DNA of 10,169 nucleotides, from the NCBI GenBank assembly GCA_964399335.1, contig CAYNQI010000032.1, positions 1-10,169 on the forward strand. The letters are read 5' to 3'. A program made the position numbers and the translations under genes. The notes under the pieces were generated by a model. The model was not told where the DNA came from. It did not search any database and saw only the letters and a list, made by a program, of their open reading frames with translations. This document shows positions 1 to 7,071 of the stretch, one piece after another. Each line of letters begins with the position of its first letter. Position 1 is the stretch's first letter. The DNA comes from an uncultured Thermoplasmata archaeon (GTDB lineage Archaea; Thermoplasmatota; Thermoplasmata; Halarchaeoplasmatales; Halarchaeoplasmataceae).

Positions 1-2
1 AT

Positions 3-956
3 AATGGATACACTTCTTTAGACAAACTTAAACAAGCAACTGTAGAAAACATTTCAAATATAAGAGGTTTCAAAAGAAGTTTGGCTAGAAGAATAGTACA
101 GACCATGAAAGAAAAAGGTGACAAACTCAAAAAAGGAGAAATTAAAAAAGAGCAGTTGAAATCAGGTTTAGCAAGAGAAAAGAAAAGATTCATCGGGGAA
201 TTACAAAAGATATCTGGTATGGGCAAATCCATCGCTGAGCGTATTACAAAAAAGGACTATCATTCTTTTGAGGATATAGCTGAAACATCAGTTAAAAATT
301 TGATGGAAATAAGATACATGAAAGAGGACACGGCGGAGAGGCTAATAGATTACTCAAAGAAAAAACATGCTCCTGAAATAAAAAAAGAAGATCTTAAAAC
401 AAAGGAACCAAAAGAAAGTTTGGAAATGAAAGAAAAAGAAACCGTTAAAGAAAAACATGAGAAAGAAGATGAAAAGAAAGAATTGTCAAGAGAATTACCC
501 GAAGGTATCAATAAAAGTTCATCTTACATGATGATTAATAAAAACATCGATAATAGTTTAAAATTGTTTAGAAAAATAGTAGATACTGGTATGACTAGTA
601 TGTGCATTACTAGAGAGTACCCAGAAAAAATAAGAAACAATTACGATCTAGAAGACAGTTCTATACTATGGCTATCTAATGTGGATAAAGAGAATGCTAT
701 GAGGCCAAAAAATCTTGATAAATTACAACTAGAATTAGAAAAATTCCTTGAGTCTGGAAATTGTGTGATTCTTTTAAGCGGCATCGAATATCTTATAATC
801 AATAACGATTTCAGAAAAGTACTCCATCTTTTACAATCTTTAAAAGATCTATCCGCAATGTCAGAATCAATATTATTGGTACAAATAGATTCTCAGGAAC
901 TCGATGATTATCAATTAGATCTTCTTAAAAAGGAAATGGATGATATTCTTACTTGA
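3..956 (+). CDS. Multi helix-hairpin-helix (RadA N-terminal-like) protein with C-terminal DUF835 (inactivated KaiC/RecA-like) domain; 5'-truncated by the window edge
   Basis: The frame is open from base 3 (NGYTSLDKLKQATVENISNIRGFKRSLARRIV), so the TTG at 81 in the ORF track is probably internal. A complete (HhH)2-like unit follows (ELQKISGMGKSIAERITKKDYHSFEDIAETSVKNLMEIRYMKEDTAERLIDY, ~198-356), then a K/E-rich linker (~357-500). DUF835-like motifs occupy ~513-953: CITREYPEKI, ILWLSN, RPKNLDKL, VILLSGIEYLIINNDF. Domain calls are by motif recognition only. Confidence 0.75.
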   Translation, partial: NGYTSLDKLKQATVENISNIRGFKRSLARRIVQTMKEKGDKLKKGEIKKEQLKSGLAREKKRFIGELQKISGMGKSIAERITKKDYHSFEDIAETSVKNLMEIRYMKEDTAERLIDYSKKKHAPEIKKEDLKTKEPKESLEMKEKETVKEKHEKEDEKKELSRELPEGINKSSSYMMINKNIDNSLKLFRKIVDTGMTSMCITREYPEKIRNNYDLEDSSILWLSNVDKENAMRPKNLDKLQLELEKFLESGNCVILLSGIEYLIINNDFRKVLHLLQSLKDLSAMSESILLVQIDSQELDDYQLDLLKKEMDDILT

Positions 957-965
957 TAGCTTTAC

Positions 966-985
966 TCAAAATATTTATTATTAAA
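966..985 (+). promoter_or_regulatory. Putative archaeal BRE/TATA promoter for a leaderless panE transcript
   Basis: TTTATTA at 974-980 lies 24-30 nt upstream of ATG 1004, preceded by an A-rich tract (CAAAA). No SD motif before the ATG. Confidence 0.45.
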
Positions 986-1003
986 GAGACTTTTCTACAT
1001 TCG

Positions 1004-1909
1004 ATGAAGATCGGTATTGTTGGACCAGGGTCCCTAGGTACATTTCTTGCAGGGAAGATAGGAAAAGTGAATCAAGTTGTATTATATGGTAGAAAAGACT
1101 TGTCTTTAAAACAAGTGGTAATTTCTGGAGAGACTCAACTTAAAACAGACATTAAATATACAACTGATCCCACTTCACTTTCCGATTTGGAGTATGTTAT
1201 TATCTGTACTAAATCCTTTCAAACTGAACAGGTGATGAAAGATACACATGAATATTTGAGTGACAAAACAATGATTGTTTCTCTTCAAAATGGTTTAAAG
1301 AATGAAAAAATAATTTCAAAGTTTGTGGGTAAGGATCGGGTGATTGGAGGTATCACGGAAAATGGAATTACCTTCGAAAGGTATGGCAAAGTGATTCATG
1401 CGGGTAAAGGAGAAACGATAATAGGGCCATATGGAGATGATTTTACAAACGAAGTCAAAGAATTCTCTCAAATTTTGAATGATTCGAGTATTGCCAACAA
1501 AGTATCGGATAACATATATGGGCACATATGGAAAAAGGTCATCATAAATGCAGGTATCAATCCTATCACTGCTTTAAGTGGCTTGAAAAATGGATCTATT
1601 ATTGATGACAAAAATCTATTTTCGTTGATGGAATATATATGTGAAGAATCAGTAAAAGTCGCAGAAAATGAAGTTGTTTTACCAGGGGATGATCCTTTCA
1701 AGGAGGCTGTAAAGGTTGCCAAGAACACCAGTGAGAATAAATCTAGTATGCTTCAGGATGTTGAAAATAAAAGAAAGACCGAGATAGATTGTATTAGCGG
1801 AGCGATTGTAAGTGTTGGAACTAAACATGGAGTAAATACTCCTTACAATAGGACAATGGTATATTTAATAAAAAGTTTAGAAAATTCGTATCTAAATAAT
1901 TCTGATTAG
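1004..1909 (+). CDS. panE: 2-dehydropantoate 2-reductase (ketopantoate reductase, PanE/ApbA family)
   Basis: Rossmann start MKIGIVGPGSLG and family motifs CTKS, SLQNGL, WKKVIINAGINPITAL, SSMLQD, TEIDCISGAIV. Start moved from the track's 953 to ATG 1004 because the fold begins there and the TATA spacing fits. Confidence 0.93.
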   Translation: MKIGIVGPGSLGTFLAGKIGKVNQVVLYGRKDLSLKQVVISGETQLKTDIKYTTDPTSLSDLEYVIICTKSFQTEQVMKDTHEYLSDKTMIVSLQNGLKNEKIISKFVGKDRVIGGITENGITFERYGKVIHAGKGETIIGPYGDDFTNEVKEFSQILNDSSIANKVSDNIYGHIWKKVIINAGINPITALSGLKNGSIIDDKNLFSLMEYICEESVKVAENEVVLPGDDPFKEAVKVAKNTSENKSSMLQDVENKRKTEIDCISGAIVSVGTKHGVNTPYNRTMVYLIKSLENSYLNNSD

Positions 1910-3100
1910 CTCAGCTTCTAAATAAATATCTTTAGCATTAACGATATCGACTTCAACCCTTTTGCCAATAAGAGAACAATCTTCTTCGTTTAAAACCACT
2001 ACCTTATAATTATCTGTTCTTCCCTTTAAAGAATCTCCCTTTCCTTCTTCTAAAATAGTTACTTGCATACGTCTACCTACATATCTCTTATTCCTGTCAC
2101 GACTGATTTTAAATCTCAGTTCAGTAAGTTCTTTTGAACGTTTTTTCTTTATTCTAGAATGGATCTTGTTAATTTTGTTTATAGCTTCTGTCCCAGGTCT
2201 AGGGCTGAAACGAGTTACGTTGATAATGTCCGGCTTTGCATCTCTGATAATTTCCAATGTTTTATCAAAAGCATCTTCTTCTTCTCCTGGGAAACCAGCT
2301 ATTATATCTGTTGAGAGGGTCAAATCAGGGAATTTCTGCCTGATCCCCTTTACTAATTTTATCCAGTCTTCAGGTGTATACCGTCTATTCATATCTTTTA
2401 GAACCTGTTCTGAACCAGACTGTAGAGGAATGTGAAGAAATTTGTAAATCCTTTCATGGTTCAATATATTCTTGATCTCTTCTTTGATGGGTATAGCTGT
2501 GTCTGGGTTCATCATCCCTATCCTTATTCTAAACTCTTTATCTATTTCTAGAAGTTTGTGAATCAATTCAGGAAGAGAACTGTTTATATCTTTACCATAC
2601 GAAGCCGTATCTTGACAAGTGATTTGAATCTCCCATGCTGATGATTTTACTAATTCTTCAAACCTACATTTTATATCATCAGGCTCTCGACTGTTTAGAG
2701 GACCTCTTGCAATTTTCGTGATACAATATGAACAATCACCTAGACAACCACTCGCTATTGGTAAAACGCCTACTAGACCCTTTTTTGGACAAACTGAGAG
2801 GGAGATATCGTTAGGAACTACTTTCTCAATATTATCAGAGATTACATCAAGTTCGCCATTATTTATCGAGGTTAAACAGCCAGTTACCATAACTTTAGAA
2901 CATTTTTCACTTAACTCTTTAATCCTCCTTTTCATCCTCTCCTCTGTTTTTGAGATGACAACGCAAGTTCCTATGACCGCCATATCTGCATATTCCGGAT
3001 TGTCTACCTGTACATGGCCTTGACTGTTCAAATTCTCTGCGAACATTTGGGTTTCCCCTTGATTCATTGTGCAGCCATAGGCTTCTAGATAATACTTCAT
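1892..3100 (-). CDS. mtaB: tRNA t6A37 methylthiotransferase, archaeal MtaB/MiaB-like radical SAM enzyme
   Basis: UPF0004 domain with three Cys (YGCTMN, GTCVV, VTGCL), radical SAM CxxxCxxC (GCLGDCSYC), motifs QDTASYG, RIGMMNP, HIPLQSGS, TDIIAGFPGE, RFSPRPGT, and a C-terminal TRAM domain. GCLGxCSYC and RIGMMNP match the archaeal/eukaryal MtaB clade rather than MiaB or RimO. Confidence 0.9.
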   Translation of the reverse strand: MKYYLEAYGCTMNQGETQMFAENLNSQGHVQVDNPEYADMAVIGTCVVISKTEERMKRRIKELSEKCSKVMVTGCLTSINNGELDVISDNIEKVVPNDISLSVCPKKGLVGVLPIASGCLGDCSYCITKIARGPLNSREPDDIKCRFEELVKSSAWEIQITCQDTASYGKDINSSLPELIHKLLEIDKEFRIRIGMMNPDTAIPIKEEIKNILNHERIYKFLHIPLQSGSEQVLKDMNRRYTPEDWIKLVKGIRQKFPDLTLSTDIIAGFPGEEEDAFDKTLEIIRDAKPDIINVTRFSPRPGTEAINKINKIHSRIKKKRSKELTELRFKISRDRNKRYVGRRMQVTILEEGKGDSLKGRTDNYKVVVLNEEDCSLIGKRVEVDIVNAKDIYLEAELIRII

Positions 3101-3141
3101 TCAATAAAACTTTAGAATAGGGTGTATTTTAGTTTTGTCTT

Positions 3142-4704
3142 TCAATCCCTTCTTCTATCAGGTTTATCCCGGTCTAATCTAGTTTTACTACTAGGGGTAG
3201 GTTTATCCTCGATGACTTTTTTCTTCCATAATCCAGTTTTGTAGACCCCCATAGCTAAAATGAAAGCAACCACATTGCTCAAGGCCATACCCAACCACAC
3301 TCCAGTTGAATTCAACGATAAAAAGATAGCAAATAAAAAAACCATAGGTAAACGTAGACCCCATAATCTTACCAAACTCAAAACCATTTGAGCTCTAGTA
3401 TGACCGGAACCGCTCAATGTTGAAGTCACTCCTCTAAATACTCCAAAAAATGGCATTGCTAAGGCAAATATCATCAAAAAGTTTGCTCCTTCTTTGATAA
3501 CATCAGGGTTATCCGGCATGAATATTCCGATCAGATTGTTTCTTAACAAGAACAAAGCTACCGCAAAGATAAGCATTAAAGATGCTACAGCTATGAATCC
3601 TTTTTTAGTCACTTCCTCTGACCTTTCAATATCATCTGCCCCTAAACTTTGACCTACCATAGTGCTGATAGCCATGGCGAAACCACCCATCACTAAAAAT
3701 GTGATGTTCAAAATTCTGTTACCTACACTGTAAGCAGCACCTGCTACCTTAGGATTTGGAAGACGGTATATTATAGCCCATAAGATAATAAAACCGATAG
3801 AAGTCCCAAAACGACCTATAGCAGCTGGGATCCCTATATTCAAGAATTTCTTCAACCTAGATAAATCCGGTTTGAGATAAGCTATATCTAATTTTAAACC
3901 GAGTTTTCCAGTAAAAAGAAGATATGATGCAGCTAGCGCTCCAACTCCTCTACTTGTTATGGTAGCTATTGCTGCGCCTCTTACCCCTAAAGCGGGAATT
4001 GGTCCGATAAAAGGGATCTCAGGGATGGTTATCCCTATATATGGCATGGTTCCAGACCCGAATATGAGTATTGGATCGATAATTAGATTTAAAGTTACTG
4101 AAATGGCTGTGATCTTCATCGGTGTTAAAGTATCTCCCCATCCTCTCATAACATACATAAATGCGAAAAACAGAAACATGAATGGTAAACCGAGAAATAT
4201 TATCTGGATATACATCGTTCCATAATGAGCCAACTGGGCAGCTTCTTCACCGGTACCTGTCAGTAAATCCATGAAAGCGGGTGTCATGAAATATCCAAAT
4301 ATACCTATGATAACAGAAGCAACGATTGCTATGAAGTAAAGTTGTCCAGCAGTTTTATCGGCCTCTATGTAATTTTTTGAACCTGTGTATTGGGAAACCA
4401 AAGCAAGGGCGGCGACGCCAAAGCCGATTTCAATAGACATCATCATAAAAACTATAGTCCAGCCTTGCCCAACAGCTGTTACAGAAAGACTAGCTATCTC
4501 AGGATCGGGGATTCTACCCAGCCAGAAAGCATCTATCAGATTATATAAAGTTCTGAGAAACGTGGCTATCATCATGGGCCAACCCAGTTTAAACATTACA
4601 AGAAAAACATTCCCTTCGAGAATCTCATTTTTACTTGGTTGACCTGCCCAAGATTTTAGCCTTTGATAAGAATCCTGTAGATAATCAAAGATATCTTCTT
4701 CCAT
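3142..4704 (-). CDS. MATE family efflux transporter (DinF-like subfamily)
   Basis: About 12 hydrophobic helices in two repeats. Motifs KLGWPMM, LYNLIDAFWLGR, LNLIIDPILIFG, LGVRGAAIAT, GQSLGA. The two N-lobe Asp residues typical of DinF/PfMATE-type transporters are present. Confidence 0.92.
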   Translation of the reverse strand: MEEDIFDYLQDSYQRLKSWAGQPSKNEILEGNVFLVMFKLGWPMMIATFLRTLYNLIDAFWLGRIPDPEIASLSVTAVGQGWTIVFMMMSIEIGFGVAALALVSQYTGSKNYIEADKTAGQLYFIAIVASVIIGIFGYFMTPAFMDLLTGTGEEAAQLAHYGTMYIQIIFLGLPFMFLFFAFMYVMRGWGDTLTPMKITAISVTLNLIIDPILIFGSGTMPYIGITIPEIPFIGPIPALGVRGAAIATITSRGVGALAASYLLFTGKLGLKLDIAYLKPDLSRLKKFLNIGIPAAIGRFGTSIGFIILWAIIYRLPNPKVAGAAYSVGNRILNITFLVMGGFAMAISTMVGQSLGADDIERSEEVTKKGFIAVASLMLIFAVALFLLRNNLIGIFMPDNPDVIKEGANFLMIFALAMPFFGVFRGVTSTLSGSGHTRAQMVLSLVRLWGLRLPMVFLFAIFLSLNSTGVWLGMALSNVVAFILAMGVYKTGLWKKKVIEDKPTPSSKTRLDRDKPDRRRD

Positions 4705-4732
4705 GAATTGTGTCGAAACAACAAATTCAATG

Positions 4733-4750
4733 ATATATTAAAACTTTTGC
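4733..4750 (-). promoter_or_regulatory. Putative BRE/TATA promoter of the MATE (possibly MATE-mtaB) transcript
   Basis: The minus strand reads GCAAAAG-TTTTAATA-TAT. The TATA element (4736-4743) is 32 nt upstream of ATG 4704. mtaB starts only 41 nt after the MATE stop. Confidence 0.5.
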
Positions 4751-4781
4751 ATCATGGTACAAGTGTTGTGGTTTCCGATGT

Positions 4782-5078
4782 TTAGTCTTTTTTGGATTGG
4801 AGTCGATATAGTAAAAATTTTAGTGCAACTGAACTACCAGATTTTAGGAGTAGGGAATAAGCTGAATACTCTTTAATTTTTGCTTCGATGTACAGAGAAA
4901 TAGCCTTTCGAATATCTTCTATACTACTTTCATCCCCCATATCCAATTTTTTGAAGGTTTTACTTCCCAATTCTTCCTTGATTATCTCTAATATGTATCC
5001 TTTCATCATGTCATTTGTTTCAAAATAATCACTGAGTTCAACCAATCCCTTGTGTTCTTCTTCTGGTTCTTCAACCAT
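4782..5078 (-). CDS. Hypothetical protein (~98 aa, probably helical)
   Basis: ORF fills the gap between MATE and tusA and has protein-like composition. ATG 5078 (MVEEPEEE) is preferred over 5090 because a TATA box lies 24-31 nt upstream. No family recognised. Confidence 0.6.
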   Translation of the reverse strand: MVEEPEEEHKGLVELSDYFETNDMMKGYILEIIKEELGSKTFKKLDMGDESSIEDIRKAISLYIEAKIKEYSAYSLLLKSGSSVALKFLLYRLQSKKD

Positions 5079-5101
5079 GTTAAATAACATAGTGTTGAAG
5101 G

Positions 5102-5117
5102 TATAAATATATGTTTT
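5102..5117 (-). promoter_or_regulatory. Putative TATA/BRE for the leaderless orphan gene
   Basis: The minus strand reads AAAACATA-TATTTATA. The TATA element at 5102-5109 is at leaderless spacing from ATG 5078. Confidence 0.45.
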
Positions 5118-5149
5118 GAAAGCTATACCAAAACATTAATGTATTAACA

Positions 5150-5170
5150 AATCAAGTATATTATATTAAC
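5150..5170 (+). promoter_or_regulatory. Candidate TATA region for the tusA-dsrE-iscS-iscU-nitrilase operon
   Basis: AAATCAAG-TATATTATATTAAC lies upstream of an SD-led ATG at 5217. The exact box is ambiguous in AT-rich DNA. Confidence 0.3.
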
Positions 5171-5216
5171 CAAATTCAAATGAATATCAAAATTTAAAAT
5201 GTCTGGAGAGATTAAA

Positions 5217-5450
5217 ATGGCAGAAAGAAAAATAAACGTGAAGGGTGAAACTTGTCCGGTTCCATTGGTCGAAACTAGAAAGGCAGTTAGAACGGCTGAG
5301 CCTGGAGATGTTCTCATAATTCAAGGGGATCATCCTCCATCAAAAGATGAAATACCCATGGCAGTGGACGCTTTAGGTTTAGAACTTTTAGGTATCGAGG
5401 AAGACGGTAAAAACTGGACTATAAAGATCAAAATTCCAGCGGAGGTATGA
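5217..5450 (+). CDS. tusA: TusA/SirA family sulfur carrier protein
   Basis: Motif KGETCPVP (CPxP, Cys codon 5253-5255), TusA-like size (77 aa) and pattern (PGDVLIIQGD...WTIKIK). GGAG at 5205-5208 supports ATG 5217 over 5199. Confidence 0.88.
   Translation: MAERKINVKGETCPVPLVETRKAVRTAEPGDVLIIQGDHPPSKDEIPMAVDALGLELLGIEEDGKNWTIKIKIPAEV
5441..5446 (+). promoter_or_regulatory. Shine-Dalgarno site for the DsrE-like gene
   Basis: GGAGGT, 6 nt before TTG 5453 and abutting ATG 5447. Confidence 0.6.
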
Positions 5451-5872
5451 TATTGACCGGAAAAACTACCCTTATAGTTCAAAGTGGTGACCACGATAAA
5501 GTTTACAGTGCATTCATAATAGGAAATGGTGCACTTTCCATGGGCATGGAGGTTTCGATGTATTTTACATTCTGGGGACTTGAAAGATTGAAGAAAGGAA
5601 AATTAGACAAGGGTCCTCTTTCGAAGATGAATTTTCTTGGATTAGGCAAATGGATAATGAAAAGAAAGATGAATCAATCTAATGTGAGAGATTTAGAAAA
5701 CATGATGGAAGACTTCGTCGAATTGGGTGGCAAGATTTTAGCTTGCGATATGACAATGGAGATAATGGGTGTAGAAAAGAAAGATTTAAGGGATGAGGTT
5801 ATTTCCGATTACTGCGCTGTCGGTACATATATTAAAGAGGCGAAAGAATCTGATATAACACTGTTCATATGA
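5447..5872 (+). CDS. DsrE/DsrF/DsrH-like family protein (DsrE2/YrkE-type sulfur carrier)
   Basis: Motifs LIVQSGDHDK, ALSMGMEVSMYFTFWGL, LSKMNFLGLG, KILACDMTMEIMG, C-terminal TLFI. ATGA overlap with the tusA stop. GGAGGT at 5441-5446 suggests the true start may be TTG 5453. Confidence 0.85.
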   Translation: MILTGKTTLIVQSGDHDKVYSAFIIGNGALSMGMEVSMYFTFWGLERLKKGKLDKGPLSKMNFLGLGKWIMKRKMNQSNVRDLENMMEDFVELGGKILACDMTMEIMGVEKKDLRDEVISDYCAVGTYIKEAKESDITLFI

Positions 5873-5876
5873 GGTG
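5871..5876 (+). promoter_or_regulatory. Shine-Dalgarno site for the IscS-like gene
   Basis: GAGGTG overlaps the dsrE stop codon and lies 6 nt before ATG 5883. Confidence 0.65.
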
Positions 5877-5882
5877 CAAAAA

Positions 5883-7049
5883 ATGATGGAAGAAACAGTA
5901 TATCTGGATAACAGTTCAAGCACAAAGATGGATGAGAGGGTTTTAGAAGCAATGAAACCTTACTTGTTCGAGAAATATGCAGTAGCAAGTTCTGAATTCG
6001 GATATTCTCTTGGAATAAAAGCAAAAGAGGGGTTGGAAGATGCAAGAAGTACTATAGCAGATAATATTGGAGCCAACCCTGAAGAGATCATATTTACTTC
6101 TTGTGGGACAGAAGCAAGCAATCTAGCTTTGAAAGGTGTAGCTAAAAAACTATCTGAAGATAAAAATCACATAATAACTAGTAAAATAGAGGATTTTCCC
6201 GTCCTAAAAAGTGCCCAAAGATTAGAAAAAGAGGGTTACGAAATTACGTTTCTCGAAGTAGATGATGAAGGTTTTGTAGATGTGGACAAATTGGAAGAGG
6301 CTATCGATGATAAAACTGGACTGGTATCTATACAGCACGGGAACCAAGAGATCGGAACAGTTCAAGATATCGAGGAAATCAGTAAAATATGTGATCAAAA
6401 TGATGTTCTATTTCACACCGATGCAACCCATACCTTCACAAAGCTACCCATGGATGTTAGTAAAACTCCTATAGATTTGATGACATTATCAGCACACACG
6501 ATTCATGGTCCAAAAGGGATCGGAGCGCTTTATGTAAGGGATGGGACTGATCTAGAAAAATTGATGGACGGTGGTTTTCAGGAGAATAATCGTAGAGCGG
6601 GTGTCGAAAATATCCCTGGTGCCGTTGGGTTCGCAAAAGCTATTGAATTAGTGACTGAAGATGAGAATGAGAAGCTAAAAGAGATGAGAGACTCTTTAAT
6701 AAAGAAAATTCAGGACAATATTCCTGATACAACTTTAAACGGACCTGCAAAGGATAGAACACCACATAACGCAAATATCACATTCCATTACGTAGAAGGT
6801 GAATCTATAACACTCCATATGGATATGAGAGGTTTTTCCGTAAGCACCGGTTCTGCCTGTTTCAGCAAGTCTTTAGAAGCTAGTCATGTAATAATGGGGA
6901 TCGGTGGGGACCATGAAAGAGCTCACGGTTCAGTTAGATTTAGCTTTGGAAGATATAATACCATGGAAGATGTTGATAGAACCGTAGAAGCTATAAGTGA
7001 AGTTGTTAAAAGGTTAAGAGAGATAAGTCCGTTAGGAAAAGATAAATAG
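5883..7049 (+). CDS. iscS: IscS/NifS (group I cysteine desulfurase)-like protein, predicted catalytically inactive as a desulfurase
   Basis: Full-length collinearity with IscS: VYLDNS, EIIFTSCGTEASN, HIITSK, EIGTVQD, FHTDAT, GPKGIGALYVR, YVEGES, STGSAC, GSVRFSFGRY, LREISPL. The Schiff-base Lys is Thr (SAHTIHGPKG, ACG at 6498-6500). The loop Cys is retained (TGT 6858-6860). Confidence 0.9.
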   Translation: MMEETVYLDNSSSTKMDERVLEAMKPYLFEKYAVASSEFGYSLGIKAKEGLEDARSTIADNIGANPEEIIFTSCGTEASNLALKGVAKKLSEDKNHIITSKIEDFPVLKSAQRLEKEGYEITFLEVDDEGFVDVDKLEEAIDDKTGLVSIQHGNQEIGTVQDIEEISKICDQNDVLFHTDATHTFTKLPMDVSKTPIDLMTLSAHTIHGPKGIGALYVRDGTDLEKLMDGGFQENNRRAGVENIPGAVGFAKAIELVTEDENEKLKEMRDSLIKKIQDNIPDTTLNGPAKDRTPHNANITFHYVEGESITLHMDMRGFSVSTGSACFSKSLEASHVIMGIGGDHERAHGSVRFSFGRYNTMEDVDRTVEAISEVVKRLREISPLGKDK

Positions 7050-7059
7050 ATTGATGATA

Positions 7060-7065
7060 GGAGGT
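7060..7065 (+). promoter_or_regulatory. Shine-Dalgarno site for iscU
   Basis: GGAGGT, 6 nt before ATG 7072. Confidence 0.7.
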
Positions 7066-7071
7066 AAGAAT

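Noticed and set aside
81-107. TTG 81 or ATG 105 as the start of the first gene
   Set aside because: The frame is open upstream to base 3 and encodes a further HhH-like repeat, so the gene probably begins outside the window.
953-1003. 17-aa N-terminal extension of PanE in the ORF track
   Set aside because: The Rossmann motif starts at ATG 1004, and this segment contains the likely TATA box.
1316-3104. Short alternative ORFs (1316-1525, 1468-1728, 2166-2435, 2718-3023, 2919-3104)
   Set aside because: They lie antisense to or out of frame within the well-supported panE and mtaB genes, with no recognisable motifs.
3959-4642. Antisense ORFs 3959-4225 and 4385-4642, and the AGGGAT-ggtt-ATCCCT hairpin at 4021-4036
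   Set aside because: These are shadows of the MATE coding strand. The 6-bp stem is explained by Ile/Pro/Gly codons in a Pro-rich loop.
5091-5216. SurR-type GTT-N3-AAC sulfur-response site upstream of the operon
   Set aside because: No match to the motif was found on either strand in this intergenic region.
5883-7049. iscS as a decaying pseudogene or single-base sequencing error
   Set aside because: The ORF is full length with an SD site. The substitutions I noted concentrate at cofactor-contact positions while structural motifs and the loop Cys are conserved.
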